The translations under genes and the position numbers were made by a program. The notes beneath the pieces are model-generated. The model worked only from the letters and a program-made list of their open reading frames with translations, had not been told where the DNA came from and made no database searches. A stretch of 64,000 nt of DNA from Chlorokybus atmophyticus (Eukaryota > Plantae > Mesostigma and Chlorokybus algae), in assembly GCA_009103225.1 (NCBI GenBank), contig RHPI01002533.1, forward strand, positions 1,617,186-1,681,185. Direction: 5' to 3'. Positions within the stretch are counted from its first letter, which is position 1. Every line of letters begins with the position of its first letter. Shown here piece by piece: positions 23,189 to 50,300 of the stretch.

Positions 23189-23550
23189 AAGGCAGGCCCA
23201 AGCGTGTAGCAGTGCGGAAATCAACGACGTTTCGCAACACAACACGGCTTAGGGCGACCACCGAGTGAAGTCACGTGCGCGCTTTCGTCCCATTGCCCGC
23301 CTATTCGTGTAAGGAGGCACGCGCCGCGCGCTGTACATTGCCGGGAGGAGCCCGCGCCCGGGCATCGCTGACTGCCGTCCACCATCAGCATTGACCAGGC
23401 CAGGAGGAGAGGCTGACTGGGCCGCTGCGACAGGCGGCGGCGGCGGAGGAGGAGTAGGGAGGGGTGGGCATAGACCACCTTTTGATCCTCCTCGCCATTG
23501 TAGCGTAGTGGGCCTAGGCGTGGGGCTGCAGCTGAGAGGGTGCTCGCGGG

Positions 23551-26500
23551 ATGTCGCGCTCCAAGCTTAGTGACTTTGTCATTGGGGACGCCCTTGGGAA
23601 AGGCAGCTTTGGTACGTGCCATCCCACACTACAATATCTACATATTATATGAGCGCAGTGAGTGCAAGTGCCTGTAAGGACACTTGCACTTACCTTCAAA
23701 GTGAGTGCTACAATGGTGTTGTCGCAATCACGCTAAAACTGTGATGCTTTGTGTGTGCAGGCGTGGTATACAAGGTCACACGAAAAGGTAGGCGACAGGT
23801 CTTTGTGTAAAGTGACTTGCAAAAAGGGTTCAATCGACATATGGTACTGATTACACGGGAGGGGGCAATTGGCTGTCTGATACACTTGTGGGTTCACAGC
23901 GGACAACCGGACATATGTCATAAAGCAGATTCATATTGAGCAGCTAGATCGCAAGGAGCAGGAGGACGCGATCAATGAGGTGCAGACTGGGAATAGAGCT
24001 TACATGTACACACAGGAACACACTGCCACTTCCTCGACAATGACTGCTATGAGGATTTCCACATAGCTATAGTCATCCGTTCATTTGTCGGTGTATCATA
24101 ATGTCATTTGTGTATGATGGACAGGTGCACGTGTTAGCTTCACTCGACTCCAAGCACGTCATCAAGTACTACGACTCCTTCCTAGGTATATTGACACAGA
24201 TACACTCATCGCATTGTGATACGTTGTCATGTCACTGCTGCGATGTCATGTCCTCCATTGCGCGCACCTCAATGCACTGGGGCAGATGGCGGCAAGCTCA
24301 ACATCGTCATGGAGTACGCAGCGAATGGGACACTGCATCAAAAAATAAAAGTGAGTTGTGTGTGCCACGTTTGTACCAAGATGTGTTGCAACTCCATGGC
24401 AGTTGCTCCAATTCTCCCTAACTTGCAGGCTCAGAAGGGCAAGCCATTCCCGGAGCAGAGCGTGTGGAATTACTTCATACAGACATGCGTCGGTTTGAAC
24501 CGTATCCACTCAATGGCACTGCATATGGCGCTTGACTGCACTTGCACACAAATGAGCCCACACGAACACTACACTACACTACTGTGCGGGTTACCAGTAG
24601 TGAAGCACGCACTTGCGTCACAGTACATTTGGCGTGTCTTCTGTCACTACCTGTGTTGCCTTGACTTACACCTTCTGGGATCCAACAGACATCCACTCCA
24701 AGAAGGTTCTCCACCGTAAGTGTTAGGCTCCTATTGTTACAAAGTGGGGCATGCAAACCTGCACTTAAACAACGGCTGACATTCCGCCTGCGTTACAGGT
24801 GACATAAAGAGCTTGAACATCTTTCTGGGAGACGGAGACCAAGTCAAGGTGAGTCCACACAACCACAAGCATTCGGGTTGGATGCGTGTGATGTATAGTT
24901 TTGCTCAAGTCCAGTGTTCGTGTCTTTCTTCGCTCAGCTGGGAGATCTTGGCGTTGCTAAAGTCCTCAGCACGCAAACCAACTTTGCTAAGACCCTTGTC
25001 GGTACTCCGTACTATTTGTCACCGGAGCTGTGTGAAGACAAGCCCTACAACGGTACACATTGGAAACACACGCACGCATATGCACACGCGCGCACACATG
25101 CAAATACATGAGTCAATGGCAACAGCTCCAATTAAGCTCGCTGACTGTGGTTTTTGCAGAGAAATCCGATGTGTGGGCGTTGGGATGCGTGCTGTACGAG
25201 TGCTGCACGTTGCGGCATCCTTTTGACGCGGCGAACCAGGGCGCTCTGATCCTGAAGATCCTGCGGGGGAAGTACCCGCCCGTCAAGGGCTACAGTAGGG
25301 AGCTGAGCGACATCATGACGGCGTGCCTCACCCGCGACGCGTCTCTCCGACCCAGCACGGGGGAACTCCTCTCACTCGCAGCTGTGCGCGCAAAGGTACA
25401 TAACACTTACTCCATGTGCACGTTGGCTGACCGACAGCACAACAACATGTTGTGTCATGTTGGGCTAGCATGGTGTTGTAGGCGTCAGGATTGTATATAC
25501 ACACGCATGCATGCGTGCGCGCATACACACAAGTTCATCTCATGGTGTCTGCGGCAGGCGGTTGAGTTTGGAGTGAAGCTTCCAGAGGGCCTCGCGGTGC
25601 GCGTATCGCGACCAAGCACGCCGCTCACACCGCACACGCCGCCGGGATCCGCAGGAACCAGCACTTCATCGCCACGCACACCTTTCTCTGCTGCGCTGTC
25701 TGAGATGGTAGGAAGCACGTGGCTTTGCTCTGGCTCTGCCTGCTCGCATGCACACTGGCAGAAAAGGGTCTGTACAGACACATGTTGGTTTGTGATACTG
25801 ACTTGACATGCACAGGATGCGGTGGGTTCCGTCTTGCCTGTCGTGGCAGAAGGTTAGTCGGGATACGTTAGTGCTTGAGTTGACACATACGCGCACACTC
25901 AATATGCACATTGCTGACTTGAGCTTTTCTACCTTGAAGCAGGTCCGCCGACACCCAAGTCCTCAAGAAAAGCATCAGGTAGTTTGTCAAGCACCAGTGT
26001 ATTTTTATTCAGTGGCTCCTGATGTAAACTTGTTCAGTCTAACCAAGCATGAATAACAGCGGACGGCCTAGCTGCCGACATGTCATCGCTATCAATGGAG
26101 AAGAGCAACGGGTCTTCTGAGCAGTCGTTGAATTCAACGGTAGGCTCCTGAAGAGATTTGCGTTGAAGTTGTCAACGGTTGTCTTCAACTGTAGTGCTTA
26201 CAGTGAGCACATGTGCGCAGACACTCAATGGCTCAGGTACAAAGACCAAAACGTACCTTGTCAAGAGGAAGCTGGCACCCGCGACGCCCAAAACTCCACA
26301 GTCGCCTGCGTCGCCCATGAGTGAAGGTAGAAGGACGTGTGCTGTTGCTGTTACTTGGTCTGCTCCTCACACTTTGTGTCATGGCCTCACTGCTGCTCTT
26401 GTTCAGATCACTCTGCGCCTTCCGCCAGCCCGAGCACCAGCCGACCAGAGCGGGTATGCAAGCCCACGCACATCACACACAATTACACACACGTGCACGA

Positions 26501-27025
26501 ACACACGTGTGAATGCGCACACGCATGCACACAGCTGCAAGCGCACTGTTGCTGCTAAAGGCCCGTTGCTCACACCTGTTTTGGGTTGGCAGGGAGCTGA
26601 GGCCACCAACTCGGGCAACGCCACAAAGCCGCTGGTGTCGCACCGCAACCTCAACGCACTGCTGGACCGCTGCGACAAGCTGAAGGAGGGCATCACAGCC
26701 ACAAGAGACGCCTGCCTGGAGATGATTGAGAGGCCTGTGTTTGATGAGTTGTACCATTACTTCAAGGTGAGTGACAGCAACAGACCTGCGAGCGCATGCT
26801 GTTTCTCACAGAACACAGAACTCAACATGTGTGTTTCATGGTGTGCAGTTGCAGTCAGATCATGACGGAGATGAGAAGGAGATGGAGGACGTGCAGAAAT
26901 TTGTGTTCCGGAAAATACCTTATGAAAAGGCAGAGGTGGTCACAAAGCTGTACCACCTACTGTACCTGGAAGGCGAGGAGGACGCCGTTTCAAAAGAAAT
27001 CTCTGCGTTGCTCTCTGCGTCATGA
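23551..27025 (+). CDS. NIMA-related (NEK) serine/threonine kinase, multi-exon
   Basis: [42 protein letters not shown]|[52 protein letters not shown] and [20 protein letters not shown] are all NEK-typical. The C-terminal helical region ends ...EISALLSAS*. Confidence 0.92.
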
Positions 27026-27508
27026 GACCAGATGATTTCCGGCTGTATTTGTTATGTAGCGTAAAACAGTTCTCAGCGCAACTTAGACATATCTGATACT
27101 GGGCTATGCTGACTTGCATCTGCATATGCGCTATTCACCAAAAACGACTGAACTCAACGCACACAGCTTGTGCATGTGCACACGTTCACATGACACAACA
27201 TATCCAAGCGTGGTTGAAGCTTAAGCGACTGAGCAGTTGCAGTCATTATCAGCAGCTTGGTGTTGGCGCACCTGACACGTTTGCCTCCCAACCTTGAAGA
27301 CTGAGCAGGACGTTACTTGTACATTTGCAAAGCCACTACATGTTGCAGGGCAAGCAAGCATAAGCGGTTCATCATGGCAACAAGCAGACAGACCACGTCA
27401 CGTACACACTTGCGTGTATTCTGACAAGAAGCTGATATATCGTAAGTAGGTCATACTTCAACACTCATAAACCTAGCTATTTACACGCATTCAAAACTTA
27501 ACAGTTCT

Positions 27509-29129
27509 CTAACTCAGTTCCAGCTCTCGCAGATGCTTATTGAGCTCATCCAACTTCTGCAAACGCAGGCGCTCGCTCTCGGTTACAACCTGCAAGGCAT
27601 CGTATTTTAGCATGAGGAGAGGCGCATTTGATGACAAAGCGGTCACCAACTGTTGACAGCAGATATGTCATGCTGCAGATATGCCATGCTGTGCAACTAG
27701 CAACAGACAGCAGATCACGCACCTTGCACAACTGTGCACATTGTAATTGTCCGATCATCGTATGCACTGCACACATCTGTGCAGGACAAGACTACATGCA
27801 ACGAATGAACCAGCGAACCTCCATGAGTTTGCCGACCAGCTCTGTTTTCAACTCCGACTTCTGATTGTACTGCTCCAGTGCTGTCTTCAGTTCTTTCTCC
27901 TGCACAAGCCAACACCTTTCTGAGCAACATGCTGACAACTTGCTACCTTTCTTCAAACATAGGTAGCGTCATCATGCAAACTTTGTCATGCGCGACCTTT
28001 CTCTCGCAAAGGGTCTTCAGTGGCCGCAACTCTCTGTCAACAAGCTCAATTCTCCGTCGGATCTCCGCAACCTCCTTTTTGGTGGGGTCTTCGAGCAGAT
28101 CCAACTCCTGCGTTCAAGAACACATGAATCATCTTGACACGCATGGTGGTCAGGCCAGGCTTCTTGCATAGCACTGTTCTCACTTTGTGAAGCTCTTCCA
28201 ACCTCCTGGCCTGCTCTTCAACACGCGCTAGCTTGGCTTGAACCTTCCCTCGCACCTAAGCACGACATAGAGTTTTGAGCCCCAAAAGCAATATCACTGC
28301 TACGCAGTAGTGCCACGCACAATGAGAACTGCTCACAAACCTCCGTTTTCCTCTTTTCTATTTCAGCCTCTTTGTCTTTCAAAGAATCGAGCGTTTTAAG
28401 TCTAGCTTGGTCGTCCCGGTCATGCTTGCTAGCGCCTTTGCTTACAAGATGGCTTCCAGCTGGCATCGATACAGCCTGCACCTGAAAATAAGCAGAGCAA
28501 AGAGCACCATGTGTTTGCCTGTGGTATGCACGCCCTTTGGTTGTTCATTGGGTTTGGCTCCCTTTTTACACATGTGTCATAGCTTACTTGTTTGTTCATA
28601 CCTGCTCACGAGCTCGCTGCGCTTCTTTTGCCCACTGCTGCCGCTCCACCTCCAAGGCCTGTGTCCACCAGTCAATGCCAGTGCTTGTTTGGTGAAGCAG
28701 CCATAACGCATACAATGCAAGCTAAAAACAACGATCAACCAATCCTCCCCGCAGTATGCATGAACGAGATCAATCATAAGCACAACGCAAGCGCTCTCGT
28801 GTGAATCGGCAGCACTAAGCCATGCTGGTCTGATTGATGTGGGCGATAGTACCAATGCATCAAGACAAAGGTGACTTGATGTGAACATACAATGCGGGCT
28901 GCGTTTGAGTTGTATGACATGGCTGCCCAGCACAGGAAGAAAAATAAAATGACTGATTGGCATGCATGAAGGGAGGCAGGAATGGCAGAGTGCATCCTCA
29001 CAGAAGCTGCGTCATCACGTGCATATCAACTCGTCTGACCTTGTAGCGCTTCTCAGCATCCTCCGCCTCCTTCTTCAGCGTTGCCTTCAAGCTGGCCTCC
29101 AACCCTGACAGCGACTCCATGCCAGCCAT
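27509..29129 (-). CDS. RAB6-interacting golgin (GORAB/DUF662-like) coiled-coil protein, multi-exon
   Basis: The spliced exons give KEAEIEKRKTE|VRGKVQAKLARVEEQARRLEELHK|ELDLLEDPTKKEVAEIRRRIELVDRELRPLKTLCERK|EKELKTALEQYNQKSELKTELVGKLME|VVTESERLRLQKLDELNK, matching plant DUF662 proteins as I recall them. The start is uncertain; further upstream exons may extend to ~29770. Confidence 0.8.
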
Positions 29130-30372
29130 GTGCTTGTGCTCCAAATCAAGCGAACCAAATCTTGCCAAACCTCAACGACAGAACTGTGATTGCAAGCTTC
29201 ACCACAGCATGCGTCTAGCCAGATTATAAGCAGAACCACCTTCAATAACCACGACACCACTAACCCGAACGCCGCCGCCGCCGCCACCGCCACGGCCAGT
29301 ACTGCCACTGACACGTGCATTAGCGCATGCTGCTTGAGCAGCACGCAGCAAAAATGATCCGGGTCGGCCAATCTAGTATATCGACGTTTTGTGCAATCGG
29401 GTTTCATCAATCTTGTTGCCCAGCTTCTTCCGGCTCGGGCGATCCGGTCTCTGTTGCTGCCAAACTAACGTGCTGCCACTTGCTTTGCACAGCGCTCAGC
29501 GGTGAGGTTGCTGGCGGGGGCGGCGGTGTCGCTGTGCGGGTGCACCAGCTGACTGGTCAGATTGGTCGTTGATTCTTGAGAATAATCTTGAGCATTGAAG
29601 ATGTGTCGTTGGAATTGTCTGGATCTGTGAGGGGATGATGCTGCGCCATGAACTTGCTGCGCAATGTAGCCGAGCTGCTGCGCAAGGGTGCTGCGGAGGT
29701 TGCCGGTGGCGTTGCTGGGGTTGGGCAATTTGGCAGCAAAGATGATTCCGGCAGGTTGCTGCCGCCTCCATGGCCGGACGTCCGCTTCAGGTTGCGTTTA
29801 TTTAGTAGCTTGCTGTGTGCTTGCGTGTACGGTAGTGTTCAGCTGTGTCTACGAGATCAAGGCAGCAGATTATAATGTTAAGCAGAATATTACTCGTGAC
29901 ACAGTTTGCTATCAAGCTGCATGCAAGCAATTTGAAAGCTCTACAGTGGTGTAGCCTGTGCTTAAGCAGGCTACACCACTGTGGAGCTTGCAAGTTAGTA
30001 GCGTTGCCATCAGCAGTCGTACGTGCACCTGCTGGTTGGTGCATGTCTCCGATCGCTAGCAGCAAGATGGCATTGTATCTACATAACCATGAGTGCAATA
30101 TATGGTTGCGCGGTGATACTTTCCCTGTGCTGTGAAGGATGTTGTGTTGGCGCAGTTACTAGCATTGTGCTTAATGGCTGCACTGGTCTTAAAGAAGGTG
30201 ATGCTTGCATGATGTCGCCTTGTTGCTTGCTGCAGTAGGTTAGGTTGATACTTACATGGCTATGTTACTGCAGCACGCAAGATACAAGAGAGCAAAGCTT
30301 GGCAAAATCTTGGGCAAAGCATGAGCAGGCGAGCGCTGCACTCCATGTGCAGGTGTGCATTTCTCGTGCTAG

Positions 30373-43315
<12,943 letters not shown>

Positions 43316-44710
43316 TTGCTTGCCGCTGCGCCTGCAGGACGTCGCTGCTGCTAGCAGAACAGACCTGCTGATCATCCCAAGACCCTCAGGTTATACATGC
43401 TGGCTTGTTAGTCTTGCTCGCAAATCTGCTCTTGACTTCCTGGCCTCCCAGCAAAGATGTTGCTTTAACTTTGGTGTTGCTCTAACCGTCTTGATGGTAG
43501 CAGGCAGCAAGAGGCTGTGGCGTACGCTGCGCATTCCAATTTGTCAGGTTGTGCAGAGAACACACTGTTGATTTCAAGGGCTACAAGCTTATTGCAATGG
43601 TCCATGCTGGACACACGAGTGGCTGTGCGCAATGGAGCATTGGTAATAGGTATCCGGTTGGTTTAGAGTTAGTTGCCACTGCTAGGCAGTGCATCATAAG
43701 TGTTGTCAGACCGATTCGCTTTGGCCAGCCAGATTCGTTGTATCACAGCAGTCAAGTTGAGTTTAAACGTTGCTTATGATGCAATCTGACAGGTTCCTCA
43801 TGGTCAACTTGCCTCCAAGGCACTATTGCGTTGACATGGACAGAGCTCAAGAGTGTTAAGTGTGAATGCGTGTGCAATCAAGTTTTAAAGCATACACAAG
43901 CAAGCGCAATAGCACTACAACATCAGCAAGTCAGAGAATTGGGGGCCCAAAGCACAGACAACGACCGAGACAAGTAAGTTGGCAGGGAGGACGTCAGCAC
44001 CACCTGCGCAGCAGAGGTGTAGGCGTCAGGGCCAGCGTAGCAGCAGCAGCAGGTGACAACGACGACGCTAGCAAGCAGCGAGCAAGTTGTGCTTCAACCT
44101 GTCCGCTTAGCTCGCCATGGTCGGGTACCCAGCAGTAAATGGAGGTCGCTTTTATGTCCAAATGTAGCTTACAACTATCGGAACTCAGCCCATACAATCT
44201 TTACTTAGCCCACAATAAATGCATGCGGATGCGCTACACACCCTTGTTAATCATGAGCTCCATTTTGGCCCTCGCTAATCTTGCTGCCTGTATGGGGGTC
44301 CAGTCAGTTGTCGTCGCAGTTGTCAGCATCATCGTCATTCGAGTCGTGTGCGTGCTGCTGTGCTCAAGCCCGGCCTGACTTCCGCCTTTACTGTACAGGT
44401 TGTCTTTCACGCTTCCTTGGCGCCTGCTCCTTGCATCATGCCTCTGCCTGCTGGAGGGTCCGGTCCAAACCAAGTTAGTGTCCTGGCTTAAGTGGTGGCT
44501 TTGTATTGAAGAGCTCTGACTTGGCCCCCGTCCAGTTGAGTGTATTGCGTGTGTTTGCTGAAGTGTGCTTGCTGCTTGTGCACATTTATTCCGATTCACA
44601 AAAGAGTGTGCTTCGCGCAACTCTTGAGTATGTTATGTATGTGCGTGTGGCTTGCGTATTGTTTATAGATTATCTTAGACTTGCTTTATGCAGCTAATGT
44701 GTGAGTTGCT

Positions 44711-44779
44711 TACACGTGTTGATGTATCACTACCGTACGCTAGCCGCTAGCTGACGGTAGTGATACGTCGACACGTGTA
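44711..44779. repeat. Long imperfect hairpin (26-bp arms)
   Basis: tacacgtgttgatgtatcactaccgt...acggtagtgatacgtcgacacgtgta, with two G-T mismatches. Confidence 0.9.
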
Positions 44780-45012
44780 CTAATTTCAAAAATTGAGGTG
44801 ATGACTTTACCTTACATGAAAAGGCAAGGGGCAAGGTTTATGTTGACTCACAATTTCATAAGGCATACAACAACATGTACATGGCGCATATTGCGTAGCA
44901 TAGCAGCGGTGATTCACTTCGCGCTAATTATAGCATTTACCACAGCGTTCACTATAGTATTTGTCGACAGTTGGCATAGCCGATACACGGCGCATGTTAA
45001 AGCGGCTGTAAG

Positions 45013-45076
45013 TACACACGGATTGCACTCCGTGTGTAGAGAGGTAAGAGGGCATGCCCTCTTACCTCTGTACACA
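45013..45076. repeat. Adjacent hairpin and perfect 30-bp palindrome
   Basis: tacacacgga-ttgcac-tccgtgtgta (45013-45038), then agaggtaagagggcatgccctcttacctct (45040-45069). Confidence 0.92.
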
Positions 45077-45914
45077 TGCAAGTAGGCTAGCTGGCAGGCA
45101 GTAGTAAGCATTACTCAGGTTTTGTTGCCCGCGAGCTTAGCTAGCCGGTCGAAATGAGATATGGCTAAGTGTGTGTCTTGCAATATGCGCACTACAATCT
45201 GTTGACATTCATGTCAACAAGCTGCAATGCGCAGCGCAGCGACTGTCTTAATTAAATAAACTCTGCGCACTATGGTCTTTAAAAGCATCGCATATGCTAT
45301 GCATATCCATTAAGTTGTTGGGCGGCTATAAGAACACATAACTTACAAAAATAAAATGTGGGTACCATATTACGTTACACATTAAACGTTATGAGACTAT
45401 TGAAGACATAGAAGTGCTTATAACAGCCAGTAGTTGTCGACTTGATCAGCCACTTGATGTTATAATGTAGGTGGTTAAGACCCCTTAATGTTTAAATGCA
45501 TTAATGCATTAAAATTGTGGTATGCCAAGGTAATATTTGAAATGATGAGCGCTAAGGTTGTTGAAAATACTTGCATTTTCAATTAAAGCTACACGACTCG
45601 TGCAACAATATGAGCATATCTGCAGATTCCGAGATATAAGGTATGGTGCATGCAACGTTGCGCAACAACCGAGAAGATTTGGTTTTTTGTGAACAATTAC
45701 TTGAGAACGTTTGCTAAAGTTGTATGCTATGAATCAGTGGCGCAATGCATGGACTTGGTATGATGCAGCACAATTCATGCATCAACATAGTAATCGAATG
45801 TAATAATCCATGAACATGCTAAAAAGTAATTGTATTCATGCATCATGTGTTACGGTACATTTTGTATAAGTCATATAATGAATCTGTAACAAAACAATTA
45901 TATAATATACTTGT

Positions 45915-46025
45915 AAAAACATATATATATATATACATATACATATATATATAATTATATGTATACATATATATACGTATATGTATACCAATATATTAGT
46001 TTACATATACGTATATATATATGTA
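45915..46025. repeat. Degenerate (TA)n / TATACA microsatellite
   Basis: Seen directly. Confidence 0.85.
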
Positions 46026-47337
46026 AATTTATAAGGTATGCAAAACCTTTAAAATCCGACGCATCCAAGAATCACGTAAAGCAATTGATGATGCTTGTAC
46101 GTAAATAAGTAAGGTGTACACGAATGTCAATTGTTATATACGCATAATTCATAAAATGATTATGATATACTTGTTAATCAAAATAAAATCTTCAAAGTAG
46201 TTGACGTTTAAAGAATACACATACATTACTATCACATGATTTGTTTATGTTTGCTTTCAAGCCCAATTTTAAACTTGTAACGTTCAAATGCAAGATGATA
46301 AACGTCGCTGTACAACATGTATGAAATTGGTACTATGTTCGCGTAGTCTCATGCGTCGTCGGGCCATAGAAGCATAGGCTATACCTGGTAGGTCTGACGC
46401 AGGCTCACCTACGGTTTTGAGTGCGTATCTCGATAATTATTGCGCAATGTCTCCAGACTCCGAGTCATACGTGGCACTTGCGGTGGCGGGGACGTGCGCA
46501 TGGGCACGAGCTAACGTCACCCCGCAAAAAGCGAGGTTAGGTCAGGTCGGGGCCGCGCTGTGTGCCGTCATCACCGACCGCGGCCTGCTATACCCTTTAA
46601 CTACGTGTTAAGCCTGGCAGCCACCGTTACAGTTGAGCGCCAACGGTACCAGCACAGAGCCCTGGTTGTTTGAATTCTAGTTCTAGTTCCCGTCTAACGT
46701 CGTTGAGTCGAACTGCCACTGTACTGCATTTCCCCGCGTGGTCATCTAGTCAGCGCGCCGCGGCCACCAGCGCGACCGTTCCCTACCGCCAAAAGCCCTC
46801 AACAACGCCGGTCTATGCCGGACGTTCTACCAGATCACAGCATGGAAAGCGTACAATTTTGAAAGCCCAAGACCGATGCAATAACCGAAGCTGGCCGGCC
46901 GTCGATATTGTTAACAGGAGCCGCGGCAGGGCGCCGCCGTTGGCTTGGGGGTGGGGACTGAAAGGGGGGGGCTTTTAACGCTAGCTTTATCGGCGGTGCC
47001 GTTAGCGCTATATCTGGCTTCCCGGCCAACCATTTAGGAAGACTGCTAGAGAGGCAGGCAGCAGAGCAGTAGGGGAGAAGCAGCCGGCGGCGGCGGCGGC
47101 GGTGGGGGACCGCAACAGCGCCACCGTGCGACCACGGTAGCAGTGGGTCGTTGGTACTCCGGATCGCTTCCCGCAGCAGGTACTTTGCATGTTGTTGCTG
47201 TGTTGTCACCTGAATTGCGTTGGCCTGACGGCATGCTGCTGTGCTTGTGCTCAGCTGCGGCGCCTGCAAGTCTGGTAGTTGGTCCGTGTGCTGGTTGTGT
47301 CAGTTGTGTGTCTTGTGGTCTGTTGAGCTGTTTCATC

Positions 47338-50300
47338 ATGGTAGGGCGCTACGCTAGTGCTTGATGTGCAGTCGCTTTGACACGACGTTGGTGTGCTTAC
47401 GTTGCAGCCTTTGACGGCTGGCATGTGAATTGGGCAGCACTGTCACGAAAGCAAGCTTGCCTCTGCTTACTACGCAATGTAAACATATAACACGTTACAG
47501 TCAACCAGCACTGGCTGCATGCATTTGCTGCTTGGTTGTGACGGAAGACCTGTCTGTTACTACTGAGCGGCAGCGTGTTGTTGTGTTACAGTTGTTCGTG
47601 CGTTTTACTCGCTCAAATGTCCCTCTGCGTGGTGCGAAGGGGGTTTGGCACGACAGCGGCGCAGCTGCTAGCCCGCAACAGCAGAGTCAGGTTGAAGCCA
47701 AAGAGATATCTGTCTGTGCTGCCCTGCAGACCGTCAGTCAGGCCCGTGAAGCTGTCATCAAGGAGGTCCGCTGCTTGGCTTGCATGCACATGCGCCACAA
47801 GTTTGAGCTGCTGCCTGTACAATTAAACTTGTGGCCTGCTTTGGTGTTGCAGCTTTCGTGTGTACAATACCTTAGCAGTAGGTGCAACAGCCTCGTGTAG
47901 GGAGATGGAGGAACAACATTCCCTGTCAAGCATAACTCTGCAAGATGACAGCTTGCAATACCATTCCAATGTCATTCTAGAGAGTGTTGCAAAGGTAAGC
48001 AGCAGTTACATGCCCTCACACAATCACACACTTGCAAATGTTGGATATGGTAGTTGCTCACCCTCTGACGCACGCAGAACTTCTACGCTACTGATCTCCA
48101 GTATGAGAACTCCAGCATGGCAGACACTGACAGTCCCCTAGCAGGCGTTATACTTGGTACGTTCATTTGCAGCCAGGTGCGGTGATGAATTGGACTTTGT
48201 AGGTGTGTGCCAACCTCTTTAACGCTTGCTTCCGCACCAGGCGCAAAGGTGGCTACGCCAAAGGCCTACCACGACGTTCCTCTTGGTCGACTTCGTTGTA
48301 GACGTACGCTTGGCCTGGGACGCATCAAGATCTGGTGGATGCAACCCACATGGGGCGCTAAGGGCGCCAACATCCCGTCTGAAACTCAGGTTTGTGCAGG
48401 TTACACTCCCACTTGATGTTGGCATGGCTGCCGTTTACTACACCTATGTTCATCATACGCATTCTGTGCTTGACCAATTGTATCAATGGGTGAAGTTGCT
48501 GTTGGCTGAGCTGGAAGAAGGTGGACCATATGCGGCGATCCTTCCCTTGATAGACGCTTCGGGTTTTCGGGCCACTTTGCACGATGGTGAAGGCACCAAA
48601 GACAAGGGGTGGCTTACGCTGCGCATTGAGAGCGGCTGCCCTCAGACAATGGTACCCTTACCTTTCAAGTTGGATGTGTGCATGTGTGTCGTGTTGGGTA
48701 CACCCCTGCTTGGTGATGGTCAAAGGTGGTGGTGGTGGGGTGGGGTGGTGGTGGTGGTGTGGGGGGGGGGGGGGGGGGGNNNNNNNNNNNNNNNNNNNNG
48801 GGGGGGGGGTCCCCGCCTCATGGATTGCAAAGCTCGTTTCGCATTTGTATATGTACAGCTCAGCACTCCAACGACATCACCTTGTATGTATGTGCTTGCA
48901 GGCGTCTGATTGGAGCTCTCTCATTGCAATTACTGCCAGCTCAAGCCCTTATGAAGCCATCTCAGCTGCCGTCGAGCTGGCGTCAAAGAGGCTCAAGACC
49001 TTCCGCACACTCAAGGAGAAGACTCTGCCACCATGGTTGGACTACTTCGGATGGTGCACCTGGGATGCATTCTACTACACTGTTTGCGCACAGGTGACTT
49101 GCATGCGTCATCAACAACGGTTTCATATCGGCATCCAGTGTTGCACGTGCGCTCACCCACGCATTGCACTGCAGGACATCCCAGCCGGGTTGCGCACACT
49201 CAATGTTGGAGGCACTCCTGCGAAATTTGTCATTATTGATGATGGCTGGCAATCAGTACAAGTAGACCCCCAGTATCGCAAGCAGTTGTCCAATGCAATG
49301 ACCGAAGCTGCTGTGGACCATTCGCTCCTTCGCAAGCTTCCACAGGTACTTATTCGTTGCACAACATCAGCAATACATGTACTATATGCTAACCAAATCA
49401 CCCCTTGCTGAAGTGACTCGATTGTTGATCATGTGTTGCAGTATCTGTTGCGCCCACTACAAGTCGCTGGTAACTACATTCTAGGCTTGGGAACCAAGGG
49501 TGTTCAGCTTTGGTATGATAACCTGGTTGCACCAGCTCCAAACGGGTCCCTACGGGTAAGTAGTACTCCAGTTTGCAGCATAGAACTCGACTTGCCGTAC
49601 GAGGCATGCTGTTCAAAGACATCAATGTTGCCATGCACGTGCAGGTGAAAGCTTGGATTTTGATGGCACATTATCTTCTGCGGGCACCACTTCTGGCTCA
49701 CTACGCGCAAGTCATGACCTTGTCCAAGCGCTTGGTTTCAGTCCGAGCGAACACGAAGTTTGCACATATTGATGCTGGCCGTGAAGACGGCGAGTCCACA
49801 CCTGAGGAAGGTGGTGGCCTCAAAGCTGTCGTCAAGAACGCCAAGGAGGTGCATGGAGCGAAGTGGATGCTGGCTTGGCACGCTTTCCCAGGCTACTGGG
49901 GTGGAGTCTCCCCTCATTCGGAGGATACTAAAAAGTGAGTCCTCTGGCCGATTCATCCAGTTGAACACTTTACATTGCAAAGTGTTCAACGACTGACATT
50001 AATTGCGCTGGTAGGTACGACCCTTCCTTGGTAGCTCCCAACAACATCCCTGCCATCATCGAGTACGAGCCGCATGTGCAGTGGGACCCCACAGCCATGG
50101 GCGGTGTGGGCGTTGTGCCCCCGGAGCGCGTTGCTGACCTGTACAAGGACATGCATTCCTACTTGGCTAACGCTGGCATAGATGGCCTCAAGGTCTGTCA
50201 CATCTTAAGTTAGCATGAGGCATGCATGTGCTTTGTCATATATATGCTAACAACTTGTAGCACACTGACTTGGGGTGTATCGGTGCAGGTTGATGTGCAG

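Noticed and set aside
43866-44620. Short ORFs on both strands after the BEACH gene
   Set aside because: No recognisable motifs or consistent splice structure.
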